Below, in pieces: positions 48,327-61,800 of a stretch of 64,000 bases of DNA (positions within the stretch are counted from its first letter, which is position 1; each line of letters begins with the position of its first letter). The notes under the pieces are model-generated. The model worked only from the letters and a program-made list of their open reading frames with translations, was not told the origin of the DNA and ran no database searches. Both the position numbers and the translations under genes were made by a program. Source of the stretch: Azolla caroliniana (lineage: Eukaryota; Plantae; Polypodiophyta); the NCBI GenBank assembly GCA_043228905.1, contig JBHGNT010000030.1:62001-126000 (forward strand), in the 5' to 3' direction.

Positions 48327-51300
48327 GTTGCAATCAAGAGCTGGTAGTGGCGCTAATAGACCATGGATCCGAGATCAATATGATGTCCATGGACTTTTAC
48401 AAGAAGGGGAAATGGCCGATCAACACCAAACACAGCTGGAAGATACGCGCGGTGACCCGCGCTACGGAGGAGCTGCACGGGGCGTGCCCGAACGTACGCG
48501 TGAAGATCGGCGATGACGAGATAGACCAACACTTTTTGGTGCAAGAGACGTCCTCACACCCAGTGATACTCGACGAACTGTACATCACAACATCACGCAT
48601 GGAGACAAAGGTGCTCGACAACGACTCGGCATACGCGCGTGTGAAGAGTCAAGACGGACGACACTTCGTCCAATTTCTGATCGTGAGACCGAATCATGAG
48701 CGTAACCGCGAGACTCTCGGCGGCGACAACTGAGGGGATTTTTAAAGAGGGCTATCAAGGCGTGGGGCCGTGATAGTCCGGACGCGCCAGAGGAACCCCA
48801 CACCTGTACCATAGGTAGGAAATTTTGGCTCTCCGACAATAGAGGTTGTACATTAACTGGCATCAGTAGCAGGGAGAAGAAGAAGGTGGAGGAGCAGCTC
48901 AGGTCAGGCGGGGCTCTCCACCCCGATGAAGAAATTAGCGGCGCTGTGGAGGCGGTCTCGTTTGACCACACATTGGGAGAGCTATGCGGTGTAGTCGATG
49001 AGGGCCTTAGTGGAGACCGGATGATTCCGGTCAGCTCAGTGGAAATGTACGAAGTCATCGTGGACTTTGGGGAGCAGATCAGGTCGGATCGAACGGCCTG
49101 CGTAAGTATGAAGTACAAGACTGTGGACCGAAAGGTGAGGCCCGTCGCGGCACCCTTGCCGGAGGGCAGCGAGAAGCGTATAAAGGGGGTCGCGTTGGAC
49201 CCAAGTTTACGGAATCCGGCCGACATAGGACACCGGTTCACCGACATAACGCTACGGGAGCTCAAGGTTGGTGGGGGTGGGTTTCTACTGCTGGCGGAGG
49301 AGGACCGGTTTTGGAGAATGCTCGGAAGGCACGGGAAAGCCTTCACATTCTCACCGAAGGAGATCGGGTGCGTAGACCCGACGATCGTAGAACCGATGGT
49401 GATCTTCATGGTACCGCACGTACCGTGGAATCTCAAACCGATTCCGGTGCCTAAAGCTCACATTCCGAAGCTGATGGAGCTGCTGAAACAGAAGGTGGAC
49501 ATGGGCATCCTTGAACCGTCGAGTGCCCCATATTCGAATCAGTGGTTTATCGTGCCAAAGAAGAACGACACATTGCGCTTCATACAGGACTTGCAGCCGG
49601 TCAACAAGGTGACCATTCGAAATGCAGGTATCGGACCGACCATTGATGAGTTCGCAGAGGCCTTCGCAGGGAGGTTGATCTACTCGGTCGGGGATCTGTA
49701 CTCAGGGTACGATCGGTTCAAACTAGCCATAGAGAGTAGGGATGTCACGACGATGCGGACTCCTCTCGGCCTAGTTCGGATGTGTACCCTACCGCAAGGG
49801 GGAACGAACTCAGTGGCACACAATGGTGAATGCGATGAAGAAAGTGTTGAGGGACTGCATCCCGGACATCACCATGCCGTTTCTGGACGACATCCCGATC
49901 AAAGGATGTCCGGTGGAGGACAAGGACGAGTCGGTCGGGCCCGACGGTTGCCGGAGGTTCGTGACGGATCACATCCGCGATTACGAGAAGGTGCTACAAA
50001 GACTCGAGAGCGCGCAACTCACCTTCTCCGGAGAAAAATCAGCCTTCGGACAGCCGAAGATCCTGGTAGTCGGACACCTGTGCGGGCCTTACGGCCGGAA
50101 GCCGTCCCCGGCAAAGGTAGAAGCCATCTCCGCGATGAAGGATGATTGCGGGTCAGTCACGGAGGTCCGAAGGATCTTGGGGGCATGTGCGTTCTATCAC
50201 ATCTGGATTCCACACTACGCACATGTCGCGGAGCCGCTTTATTGGGTTATTAAAGAAAGGGTGCTAGTTCGAATGGAGGACGGAGCACACGGAGTCGGTC
50301 TGGAGACTGAAGGAGGCGCTCGTCGCGGCACCGGCTCTTCGGAAAGCGGTTTACGGCAAGGAAGTCCCCATTTACGTGACGGTGGACACAAGCTCGACCG
50401 GGATCGGGTGGGCGATCAATCAGGAAGACAAGGACGGCGTACAGTTCCTGATCCGATTCGGGGCAAAGGTATTGAGCGAGCGATAGCGAGGATACGCCCA
50501 AATTAAGCGCGAGCTATGGGGTATCGTTTCGGCAGTCAAGGCCGACAAGGACTATCTGATTGGGACGGAAGTGATCATCGAGACGAACTGCCTACCGATT
50601 CTGGGTATGGTTTCCGGATGCGCGACTCTGGACCTGGCGATGCTCAGGAGGATCGTGTACATCAAGTTCCTGAACCCAGAGATACAACACATTTCCGAAA
50701 AGGATAATGCCATGGCTGATATGCTTTCAAGGGCGCGGTTCAGCGACGAGGACGGCATGGTTTTGGATAACGAAGAAGTCGGCGAGGACTTCTTCGGGTC
50801 AGTTAACGTGGCAACTGGGATGGGGAGCACTCCGGCGTTTAACGAGTTCGACGAGAGTGAATACGACGGGGAGTGGCTCCAAATAGGAAGGTTCCTACGG
50901 ACGATGACGTCAGACATGGCGTGGACTAGAGAAGAGGCCAATCGGGTGCGGAAGAAGGCGTACCGATTCTTCCTACGAGGAGGACGCATATGGAGGCATC
51001 CGAAGAAGTGTAGTGGCACCCCACTCCGTGTAGTGGCGATGGAAGACGAGCAGAAAGCGTTGCTTACGGCATATCACGAGAGTCCCTGGGCCGGACACCG
51101 TGGGACGTGGGCCACATTCGAGAAGCTCAAGGGTAAGTATTGGTGGTTGGGGCTGTACCGGGACGTGCATCATTTTGTGACAACCTGTAAGAATTGCCAG
51201 ATGCACTCTACAGTCTGGCATCGAGACGAGCTTCATCCAACCTACCCACTGACCGTCCACTTCAAATGGATGGTGGATTTAGTGATTATGCCGATGGGGG

Positions 51301-52938
51301 TAGGACATGCGATATTTGGTGCTGGCCCGGGAGGACTTGACGAACCAGGTGGAAGGCCGAGCATTGCAGAACAAAACGACCGTGGCCGTGTGCTGATTTC
51401 TGATCGAAGAAGTGGTGTGTCGGTATAGGTGCGTGGGAAAGATCGTGGCCGACCGCGGAGAACTAGACGCGCAAGAGGTTGAACAGCTGTTTGACCGACT
51501 GGGGGTCAAACTCTCCCTCACTACGTCGTACAATCCAGAGGCCCATGGGAAGGTAGAGCGTGGTCACGGGCCCATTGTGAAGGCGTTAGTACGTGCATGC
51601 GAAGGACAGGTCGGGAATTGGCCGCGGCTCCTTCCTTACGCACTATGGGCGGATCGAACTACGCATAGTTCGGTGAAGAGGTTCATGCCAGCGGAGCTGA
51701 TGTATGGGCAGAAGCCAATCATGCTGGCGGAGAAAACGATCACTTCGTGGGCTGCGATGGACTGGAAGGACAAGATGAGTCGGGAAGAGTTGCTGGCAGC
51801 AAGGATCCGGCAACTCGAGCGAAGACTGGATGGAAGACGTGGAGCGGGCGAAGGAAAGGCTACGTACAACATGAGAAAAGAACAAAGGTCGGTTCGACCG
51901 TACTCACCGATTGAGGCTGAGGAAGATCGAGGAAGGTGATTGGGTGCTGGTGTATGACAACAACCTCGACAATCAGCACAAGGCGGTGCGTAAGTTTGTG
52001 AGGAGGTGGTTCAGGCCCTAGGCGGTAATGAGTGCGAACGACAACGGCACGTACCATCTCGCGGAGCTCGACGGGACACGGATGGCGGTGCTGGTAGCAG
52101 GAAAAAGGGTCAAGGTATTCAAGAAGCGGCAAGAGGAAGAGCCAAACCCAGAATGCGCGACTGACGACGACGACTGGCTCGAAACGAATGATGATTCGGG
52201 TAGCGACGGGTGATAGCGGGCCGGTTTTCTCTGGCAAGTGTTGTATCTGGCACGTACCGGTGGACGCACGGTTTGGTGGGGTTGGATATAGTGGAGAAAA
52301 CCGTCCCTAGCAGGAAACGAGAGAAATTGTGCACGAACCGACCCTTCCATGTGTGGGCGTGTGAATTGATAACTTGTACATAATTGTGTAGGGCGGCTGA
52401 TGTAAATATACTAGGTGCGACACATTTATTAGGAAATCGATGCGTATCTCTGTCCGAAGGGACAGAGAATAAAGTAATGTGACTGTGACTGAAGGAGAAC
52501 GGACTCTCCCCAACGACCTACATAAGGAAGAAGAGAAGGAAGAACAAGGGATCATGCGTTAGTGAGGACGAAGTGCTGCCGGACTGTGTACCGAGCTCTC
52601 TCTCTCCTCCTTCGGTTGTCATTCTCTGCGGGTTTTGGAGATCGTCACCTCTGCTTCGTGGACAACCTGTGCGCTTCCATCAGAGGCTCTCCCTTCGCGT
52701 TTCTGTGCTTGGTGTGTGACGCTTGTGTGTGTGTGGGTGGACTCCCATGTTGGGTCCATTGCCGGTGTGCCGGTTGTAATCATTATTGGTGTTATAATCG
52801 AATTGATCTGTTTTCTCTCTCTCTCTCTCTCTTTCACTGTGTGCAACAAAACACTCTCTCTCTCCTCTCTCACGCTCCTTGGTTTAGGGCCCCCGTGGTC
52901 CTGTCTCATTTCACCCGCGAAAGCGTAGTAACACGACA
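48327..52938 (+). mobile_element. 5'-truncated Ty3/gypsy retrotransposon: PR-RT-RNaseH-INT and 3' LTR, with inactivating stops and frameshifts
   Basis: Protease ALIDHGSEIN; RT LRFIQDLQPVN, DLYSGY, LPQG, FLDD; RNase H; integrase HESPWAGH...CKNC, ADRGE, GKVERGH; GDWVLVY...RWF motif; 3' LTR 52287-52938 ending CACGACA, homologous to 62877-63546. Confidence 0.93.
48736..48801 (+). promoter_or_regulatory. Predicted -1 programmed ribosomal frameshift signal (slippery heptamer plus pseudoknot) between protease and RT
   Basis: G_GAT_TTT (48736-42) then in-frame TAA; 6-nt spacer; stem GGGCTATCA/TGATAGTCC; loop GTGGGG complementary to CCCCAC at 48796-801; the -1 frame is open into the RT ORF. Confidence 0.7.
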
Positions 52939-52949
52939 ACGTCAACTCT

Positions 52950-53745
52950 GAAGCAAATCAACAGTACCACATGACATTATTAGAGCAGAGTTCAGTTTGT
53001 CCCCGATGTTAGTAGAAGCACTTTTCCAAGTGGTAGTTTTTATTCATCAGATACATAGCCAACCACAAGATAGGATCTCCCGTCGAGCCTTTGAGGCATC
53101 CCGATCCCTATATGTGTCTGGAGACACTAGCTCTTGGCATAGCATTGTAGTGAGTTGGTTACTTGCAAATGGCATAGACATTAATAACCTACCTCCCCTT
53201 AAGTACAACCATGGGATTGATCAAACTTTAATATCTCATGAAGACTGTAATAAAGTAATAAGCCAAGAAATATGGAAAATTTACACCCGATATACATTGA
53301 TCACCCCACGATAGTCACTCCCATCTAAAATGTTGTACTATAAGGAACACTTCTTGCATTTCTCTAAGTTAGGTTTTATTACACAACCAAGATATCTAGA
53401 TACTTACACAACCAATGCACTAAGGGTGGCCATTGGACAACTTAGGATATCATCTCACCAACTTGAGATTGAGAATGGTCGGGCTAATTGAGTCCCTAAA
53501 GAGGAAAGGCTATGTAGATTATGTCACATAGAGATAGAGGATGAGTATCACTTTACATGCAAGTGTCTAACCTATGCCGAGATAAGGGCGGAATACCAAG
53601 ACATATTAGGACCCTCTCCCACCCTCTCCAAACTATTAGATACCCCATATACAAAGAGACTAGGTAGGTATATCTTAAAGCTAAAACAAGATAGGGAGAA
53701 TAAGCTACAAAGTGTTAACTGTAACCCTTTTAATATTCATCAACA
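52950..53745 (+). mobile_element. C-terminal part of an RTE/RTEX-like LINE
   Basis: LRISSHQLEIENGR...ERLCRLCHIEIEDEYHFTCKC zinc-finger-like motif with stops; boundaries approximate. Confidence 0.75.
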
Positions 53746-53775
53746 TGTAAGTAGTGAAATATTTCAGGAACAAGG

Positions 53776-56419
53776 TGTTGGGAGACAGGTCCCTCCGGAT
53801 GGGGAGTACCCGGCTACGGAGAGCCGGATGGTGCAGACCCGGTGAGAAGTGCTCACCGGATGAAGAGATGTATATTCGTAAATATGTCTCTGAGAGTCCA
53901 TCGTGGCTATATTTGTAAATAGCCGAAAAGTCATATTAGTATAAATATGACTTAGGGCAAACCTTTTTTGGTTGATTTTTGTTGTTGTCATTCTTGTTGG
54001 TGCAAGGACAGAGAGAGCGTGTAACTGTGTACAGAGAGAGAGAGAGAGAGAGAAAGAGGTCGTTGCCTCTGTTGTAACCGCCGCCTGTGGCGAGGATCGT
54101 GAGCAAGAGGTCGTTGCCTCCGTGAACTCACTGTTGTACATTCTAACATAGTGATAGTTTGCAGCCTGGGGGCTGCCGTGGTTTTTCCCTTAGTTTGGGT
54201 TTTCCACGTAAACATCCTGCGTACTCGTCTCTTCTTCGTGTCGTTCATTATTTCCCGTTTTCTGTGTATGATTCTAAGCTCGGTTGTGGCCGAGCGTTGC
54301 GTATAGGGAGTGTGCAGTTCCCGCCAAGTGGTATCAGAGCAAAACGACACAGAAAATGGACGAATCGTTTGGCGGCATGTTCAAGCTCACCGGCTCCAAC
54401 TATTCAGTGTGGAAGTCGAAGATGAGGGACATGCTCGTGGTTAAAGATCTTTGGTTACCGGTTCAGTTCGGGGACAAGAGACCGGACAAGATCGACGCCA
54501 CAATATGGGAGGTGATGCACATGAAGACAACGACGTACATACGGTGCTTCATCGACATGAGCCTATATAACAACTTCAATGAAGAGAGAAAGGCTCATGA
54601 GCTCTGGGAGAAGATCGGCATAATGTTTCAAAACAAAAATGCTGTTAATCAGGTTTCGGTATTCCGGAAGCTAGTAAGACTCCGGTACCAAGATGGCTCC
54701 AGTATGGCGGAGCACATGAATGCCTTCCAGGGACTGATACACTAGGCAACGTCATTGGAAGTACCTCTCGCCGACGAGGTACTAGCACTACTCCTGCTTG
54801 GTTCCCTCCCGGATAGCTGGGAGACGCTAGTTGTCACTTTGGGCAACGCTGGGCCGGAAGGGAAATGGTTATCCCTAGTAAGAGTAAAGTCAAGCTTGCT
54901 AGATGAGGAGGCGCGTTGGAAAGATAAAGATACGAGCTCCGACTCCAAAGCGCTCCTTACCGAATCGGAACGCGGAAGACATAGAAACCGTAGTTCCCAG
55001 AACTGGGAGAAGTCGGGGACACGGTCAAAGTCAAGGGGGAGGCCTACTTGCTTCTATTGCGGCAAGCCGGGACACTTCCAAAAGAACTGTTGGCATTTCC
55101 GAAAAGACAAGGAAACCGACGATACCGATTCGAAGCGGACCTCGGACCGGAACGGTAAAGACCGGAGGGGGCCAGACCGGAAGGGAACGATGGCAATCGC
55201 GGCAAGTGAAGAAGAGTTGATGCTCATCACCGAGGAGAGTGAGATAAACCTTGCCGGCGACGAGACGACCTGGGTGGTAGACTCCGGAGCGTCGTTCCAC
55301 CTTACCCCGGACCGGAAATGCTTCTCATTCTACTCAGCCGGTGATCACAACTGTGTCCGGATGGGGAATGAAGGTACATGCCGAATTGTCAGCATAGGAG
55401 ACGTGTGACTTTCAACACCAACCGGATGCAAGTTGCTGTTGAAGGATGTCCGACACGTTCCGGAGGTTCGTCTGAACCTGATATCAGCCGGTCGGCTAGA
55501 TGATGAAGGCTACACGGGTAGCATCCGGAACGGTGTCATGTCAACCACAGAGGCGGAGTACATGGCGGCTCTGGAAGCCGGCAAGGAAATCTTATGGATG
55601 AAGGATTTCATCGGAGAGCTCGGTATCCGGCAAGATGAATACCGACTCTATTGCGATAGTCAAAGTGCCATCCACCTTGCTAAGAATGCAGCCTACCATT
55701 CCCGGACGAAGCATATCCAGCGTAGATGACCAGGAGTTCGCACTGACGAAGATCCACACGACCGAGAACGGGTCAGATATGCTGACCAAAGTGTTGATAC
55801 CTGACAAGCTGGATGCATGCCGGAAGAGGATCGGACTAGAAAGACACCCCATGCTGGAGTGAAGGGGGAGTTTGTTGGGAGACAAGTCCCTCCGGATGGG
55901 GAGTACCCGGCTACGGAGAGCCGGATGGTGCAGACCCGGTGAGAAGTGCTCACCGGATGAAGAGACATATTCGTAAATATGTCTCTGAGAGTCCATCGTG
56001 GCTATATTTGTAAATAGCTGAAAAGTCATATTAATATAAATATGACTTAGGGCAAACCTTTTTTGGTTGATTTTTTTTGTTGTCATTCTTGTTGGTGCAA
56101 GGATAGAGAGAGCGCGTAACTGTGTACAGAGAGAGAGAGAGAGAGAAAGAGGTCGTTGCCTCTGTTGTAACCGCCGCCTGTGGCGAGGATCGTGAGCACG
56201 AGGTCGTTGCCTCTGTGAACTCACTGTTGTACATTCTAACATAGTGATAGTTTGCAGCTTGTGGGCTGCCGTGGTTTTTCCCTTAGTTTGGGTTTTCCAC
56301 GTAAACATCCTGCGTACTCGTCTCTTCTTCGTGTCGTTCATTATTTCCCGTTTTCTGTGTATGATTCTAAGCTCGGTTGTGGCCGAGCGTTGCGTATAGG
56401 GAGCGTGCAGTTCCCGTCA
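53776..56419 (+). mobile_element. Ty1/copia deletion derivative (gag-PR fused to the RNase H tail; INT and RT missing)
   Basis: LTRs 53776-54326 and 55873-56419 (TG...CA), TSD CAAGG, PBS TGGTATCAGAGC (tRNA-iMet) at 54329, PPT GAAGGGGGAG at 55861. CFYCGKPGHFQKNC and WVVDSGAS, then a jump to STTEAEY...YCDSQSAI...HSRTKHI. Confidence 0.96.
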
Positions 56420-57238
56420 CAAGGGGAGACGATGAATGTGGATACACTTACGCCACTTGGATGGTTGGGGGAGCAGGTCGCCGGCGTGGCGGACCAACTG
56501 GACGAGGAACAAAGGCAAAATGGACACCTCATGCGCACAACGACTGAAGAACCGGAGAAGGTTAGAGCCCAGATGCAGGGCATGGAAGAAGAGTTAACAA
56601 AGGCCAAGGAATATGTGGCCAGCATGGCCAACATGGGCCAACAAACAAGTGTAGACACAGACCTGATTGTGTCGACCAGGAAGTAGAAGGGAACCCCGGA
56701 ACCAGAACCGGAACCGATGGTGGATACATGCTCGAAAACCGGCACTGAGTCCACCCAAGAACTAAGGACCTTAAGAGAGGAATTGGTGGCTCGGGAGGCA
56801 TTAAGAGGAAAAGAAAGGGAATAGAAGAAATCGGCTAAGGAAGAACGACGAAGAGTCGAAGAGAACCTCCGAAAGAGCCATGCCAACAATAACTGGCTAA
56901 AGGAAGAAAGGGAAAAGTTGCTGCAGGAGAAGGATAAGCTCCGCCGACAAGCCGAAACAGAAATCAAACGACTGAAAGAGGAGCTTCGACAGTAGAAAGA
57001 CAGGGACGACCGACTGCGTTCTTCATTCCCCATAAGGGGTTAAATAGGTACAAAGGGGTAGATACACAAGGGTGCAAGCCCCTTTGGCATTCACACCTAG
57101 TCACTCACTCACACCTCTTTTTATCAACCACACTCACACTTATCAATCACATAACATTGCACATACATATCAACACATTACATCTTTCAGCCTCACTTAT
57201 CACAATTATCAATCACCCATACATCTCGTACAATAACA

Positions 57239-58835
57239 ATCTTTGGTTGCTTGGGTCATCAAGAATTTACCTGAACGAGCACTAAAAGTGACTCCCAAGT
57301 ATACATATGATCCAACTACCTCAACTGGTTTATGCGAGAGGATTAGGTGACATTTACTCCTAACTCGGGACAATGTATGAAAGATAAGGACTTTACTTTT
57401 TGCTAGATTCGCTATTGGTCCTCGTTGTGTGCAAAAGTCATCTAGGGCATTAAGATGCTTTTGTAGGTCATGTTCAGACTCCGAGAGCAAGACGATGTCG
57501 TTTGCGTAGAGTAAGAGACTAGCTTGCGTACCCCCAATAGCTACTCCATTGCCTCCCTTACGAGCAATAAAATCAGTGATCTCATCAATGTAGATCCCAA
57601 AAAGAGTCGGTGAAAGGGGGCAACCCTGTTTTACACCAATGGTGCTGGTGACACAATCGGATAGGCCACCTAGGCATCTTACGCACCTAAATACTTGCTC
57701 ATATAGAGCATAAATGGCCCAAATCATGTCATTTGGTATCTCCAAGCTTTGAAGTCTATCAAACAACCTCTCCGTAGGAACTATGTCAAAGGTTTTGCGG
57801 AAGTCCACAAAGCAATAATATAGTTTCTTCTTACGAGCCTTTGACTAGTCAATTAAGCACCTAAGTGTGAAGATATGGTCAATAGTGGAGAAGACTCGTC
57901 TAAAGCCAACTTGCTCAGGTGCTCAAAGACTTAATGTTTCCACATAATCGCTGAGCTCTGCTTCCATTACTGCACCATATAATTTAGCGAGTGTATGACC
58001 TATCATAATGGTCCTATATGTATTTGGGTCCATTGGGTCCCCTCCTTTATGTATAGGGGCCACTGTGTTGTGGTGGAAAATCGTCGGCAAGGGCGCGGTT
58101 GAAGATTAGAGTGAGAAAGGGGGCTAGGCACTCTCAAGCATATATGATGTGCTCGGCTCGCAATCCTATGTGGTCCATGGATTTCCTATGTTGTAATTTT
58201 TTTTTGACCTTCGTGACCCTAGAGGTCGTGAAAAGTGTCCCTATGGTAGGTCGAGGTGTGGAAGGCATTGGAATGGGTAGTTGGTTAGGGACATGGTAGA
58301 ATCTCTCTGTATATGTGTGCCAAATATTGGGATCCTCAATGGGTGTTTGTGGTCTCGGTTCCCGTAGTCTCTTCCATGCAAGGGCGCAATGCATACTCAT
58401 GAGCATGTGGTAGAGTTCCTAATATTGAGATGCTTCCCAAGCTCATCTTTTACGACGTGTTATCTTGCGCATCTCTTTGCGAGCGTGTACTGAGGAAATA
58501 GTACCACTAAATCGCGACACTTTAAGTTGTCTATACAAGTCTCTACAATCCTCATCATACCACTTGTTCTGTGGCATAGACCCTATTCTACTGTGATTGG
58601 AATGTTTCGTGTATGGGAAGCTACTAATTGCTGGTGAGTGAAGGATGTGTGTGAGTTGTGTAGTGCAGTTCTCTAAAGGCAAGGAAGAATCAAAAGAGGA
58701 GAGATGGGCTTGAACATGTCGGGAGTAGATGTTAGAGAGCACATGTGTGAAATGTATTATGGTGTGATGGTTTGGTTGACTAGAGTTGGTGGCGTTGGAG
58801 GTGTCACATTTTAGCTCAAAGTATAGGAAGCTATG
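57239..58835 (-). mobile_element. RTE/RTEX-like LINE RT region, interrupted by the copia at 58836 and resuming at 62846-62876
   Basis: DFRKTFDIV, GVKQGCPLSPTLFGIYID, LLYAND, YVYLG, KWYDEDC; joining across the copia TSD restores an endonuclease-end DH motif (KDHSFL). Confidence 0.85.
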
Positions 58836-61800
58836 TGTTGAATACGAGTGTATAATGGCTGTATTCACATTGTCCCTTTAGACAACCCAAGTTTGGGTCA
58901 TTTCTGTAAATAGCATAAAGGGTAGTTGCCCTAGGATAGTCACTATATAAAGTGACCTTGTAACCTTTAGTAAAGGTTGGTTGTTATTTTTGTAACTGTT
59001 GCTATTGAAATATAATTTACACGTTGTCTCTCTCTCTCTCTCTCTCGCTCTCCCTATGTGTCTATCTTGCTCGTGCATACATAGGAACTTTTTCATCACG
59101 AATGTTGCTTGCACTTCCGCATTGACGGTCTTGTCCCCAACATTTGGTATCAGAGCGTTGGAGGTTCTTCAACCCGCTGCCGGCCGTCATCACACAACAC
59201 AACATTCTGTTTTCGTTTTCTTTGAAGAACAGAGAAGGGAGAAGAAAAAGACAAGGAGCTCGCATCTCACTGTGTTAAATCATAAATTGGAGTAAGCCAG
59301 TTGGTTGTACTATGTTCCTGTGATTGTAACCGCTTGAGGGGAGCTCCTTGAGCAACAACCGACCCAATCGTGCTTCATTCGGTTAAACAACATCCGAATG
59401 GGTCATCAGACGCTATTCACCCGCTTGCTGTAACCACCCGCTGTAGATTGGTCTCCCGGCAACAACCACTTCGTGCTTCACTCGGCTGATCGACATTCGG
59501 CAGGATCAGTTGGATCCATCCCTCTCATCGTTGTAGTCATCCGAAGCAAAATCGGCCCAAACAATCGGTTTCGCGTAATCGGTATTCGGCATACAATCGG
59601 AAGCTAACCGGGCTCACTCCGACTCGGCAACATTCGGGAAGACCAGCCGGTTCTGTCCCTCAAGTTACCGGAGTCACTCCGAGCAAGTTCAGCAACAAGT
59701 ATCCGAAACCAAACCGACTAGAACGATATCGGGTGAGCTGACCGGCTGCACCCCACTAAGGTTCGTAGTCAACTCCGAACCGAGTCTTACCAACTGAAAC
59801 CGAAGCAGATGGCATCAACATCCGGCTCATCGGAGATGAGTCTAAGGAGGTTCGACGGTTCGAACTTTAACTTCTAGAAGGGACAAATGCAGGACTATCT
59901 CATAGTCAAGGGTCAAATAGACCCGATTGAGAATGAAAATCCTCCAGAAGCATACAAGGCAAATGAGTGGCTAAAGCTGGACAGAATCGTCCGCGCCACG
60001 ATTCGGATGCACTTGTCGGAGTCAGTGTACTTCACAGTGCAATCATGCACGAAAACGTTTGAACTTTGGAAAACACTGTCGAAAACTTATGAAAAGAAGG
60101 TTGCTGCAATGAAGATGTACCTGATCCGGCGCATCTACAACTTGCGGATGAAAGAATCCGATTCGGTTCAAGCACACCTCAACGAGTACGAAAGCATAAG
60201 CTCCCAAATCTCGTCTCAGGGGACGACAATTGAGGATGAACTCAAAGCAATGATACTCATGAGTAGTCTCCCCTCTTCATGGGAAATTTTCGTTACAACC
60301 GTGTGCAATGCTTCAATAGCTGCCGTTAAGTACTCCGAAGTCACGAGTGCAATCCTGACTGAAGCAGCTCGGAGAAAGTCTTTCGCCAAAAACTCTGCAG
60401 ATGAAGCTTACGTAGTACAAGGTTCGACCGACCGATTGAACAATCGGGGAAGAAGATCTTCCCGACCGTTGAACAATCAGCGAAGCCGGAGCAAGTCCCG
60501 GGACAACCGAATCTGCAACTACTGCAAGAAACTGGGACACATCAAAGCCGACTGCCGGGCACTCAAAGCAAAAACTGACAAAGCTTAGAGAGAGGATCAA
60601 AAGAGTAGCCGGCATGAGGAGGTAAACTACATCGGCTCTCCAGCCGAAATTTTGACGACCGACCCGAACATACTGTCCATAGAGAATCCAGTCGAATCAG
60701 AAGTTCTGCTTACAACTGAGGAATTGAGCACATGGCTCCTGACTCGGGCGCATCGTATCATGTGACACCTCACTGATCTCAGTTTCGACAATACTCGGAC
60801 CGGCACACCGACTCAGTTCGAGTTGGAAACTCGCAACACTGTGCTATAATCGGAATCGGCATCGTAGAGCTCAATCTTCCGGGAGGCTCTACACTCGTAC
60901 TACACAATGTCTGACACGTTCTTGAGCTTTCAAGACCCTTGATCTCAGTCGGACAACTTGACAAAGCTGGCATCCGTGCCGGATTTTCATCAGGAGGGTG
61001 GACACTCCACAAAGGGAACCTCATGCTTGCTCGAGAACCAAAGGTACATTCCTTGTATCCTTTATATGTCACACTCAAAGAGGGTGACTTATTTTTGGTT
61101 GATATCCCCGTGTCATCGTTATGGCGCAGACGACTTGGACACCTCAGCAAGGCCATCATAACGCACCTATCCAAAGCCGGTTACATCCCCAAGCTCTCCT
61201 TCTCGGATCACCAATTCTGCGAGCATTGCCAGTACGACAAACAAGTAGCCACATCACACCCAACATCAGCACCAAGAGAATCGAGCCCCCTCGATTTAGT
61301 CCACTCGGACATCTGTGGCCCGATGCCACATCAGTCTCTCGGTGGTGCTTCGTACTTCGTCATATTCATTGACGACTCGACTCGGAAGGTGTGGGCTTAT
61401 CCCATAAGAACCAAAGATCGGGTGTTCTCGATATTCTCCGAATGGCTTGCAATGGTCGAAAATCAGACCGGACGGAAACTAAAATGTCTCCGAACCGACA
61501 ATGGAGGAGAATTCAAGTCTGAAGAATTCGTCAACTTCTGCCGGGAACGCGGCATTCGACGTGAATATACGACACCCTATAGTCCGAAGCAGAACAGAAT
61601 TGCTGAATGCATGAATCAAACGATTCAGGAATGCGTAGTATCCATGCTCCAACACTCCGGACAGTCGGATGGCTTCTGGGCGGAGGCTCTACTTACGGCA
61701 ATACACATAATAAATGTCGCCAAGTAGACCTCTAGAACTTCAAATACCTCAAGAAATATGGACCGGCAGTAAGCCGAATTATGACAAGCCGGCTATGCAT

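Noticed and set aside
48585-49436. 283-aa antisense ORF and other long antisense ORFs across the gypsy and copia elements (e.g. 55592-56341)
   Set aside because: Shadow ORFs of GC-rich pol or LTR sequence with no independent motifs.
49815-49830. Frame change within RT (NSVAH to MVNAM) as a second programmed frameshift
   Set aside because: No slippery heptamer or downstream structure, and it splits a conserved RT motif, so it is most likely a private 1-nt insertion.
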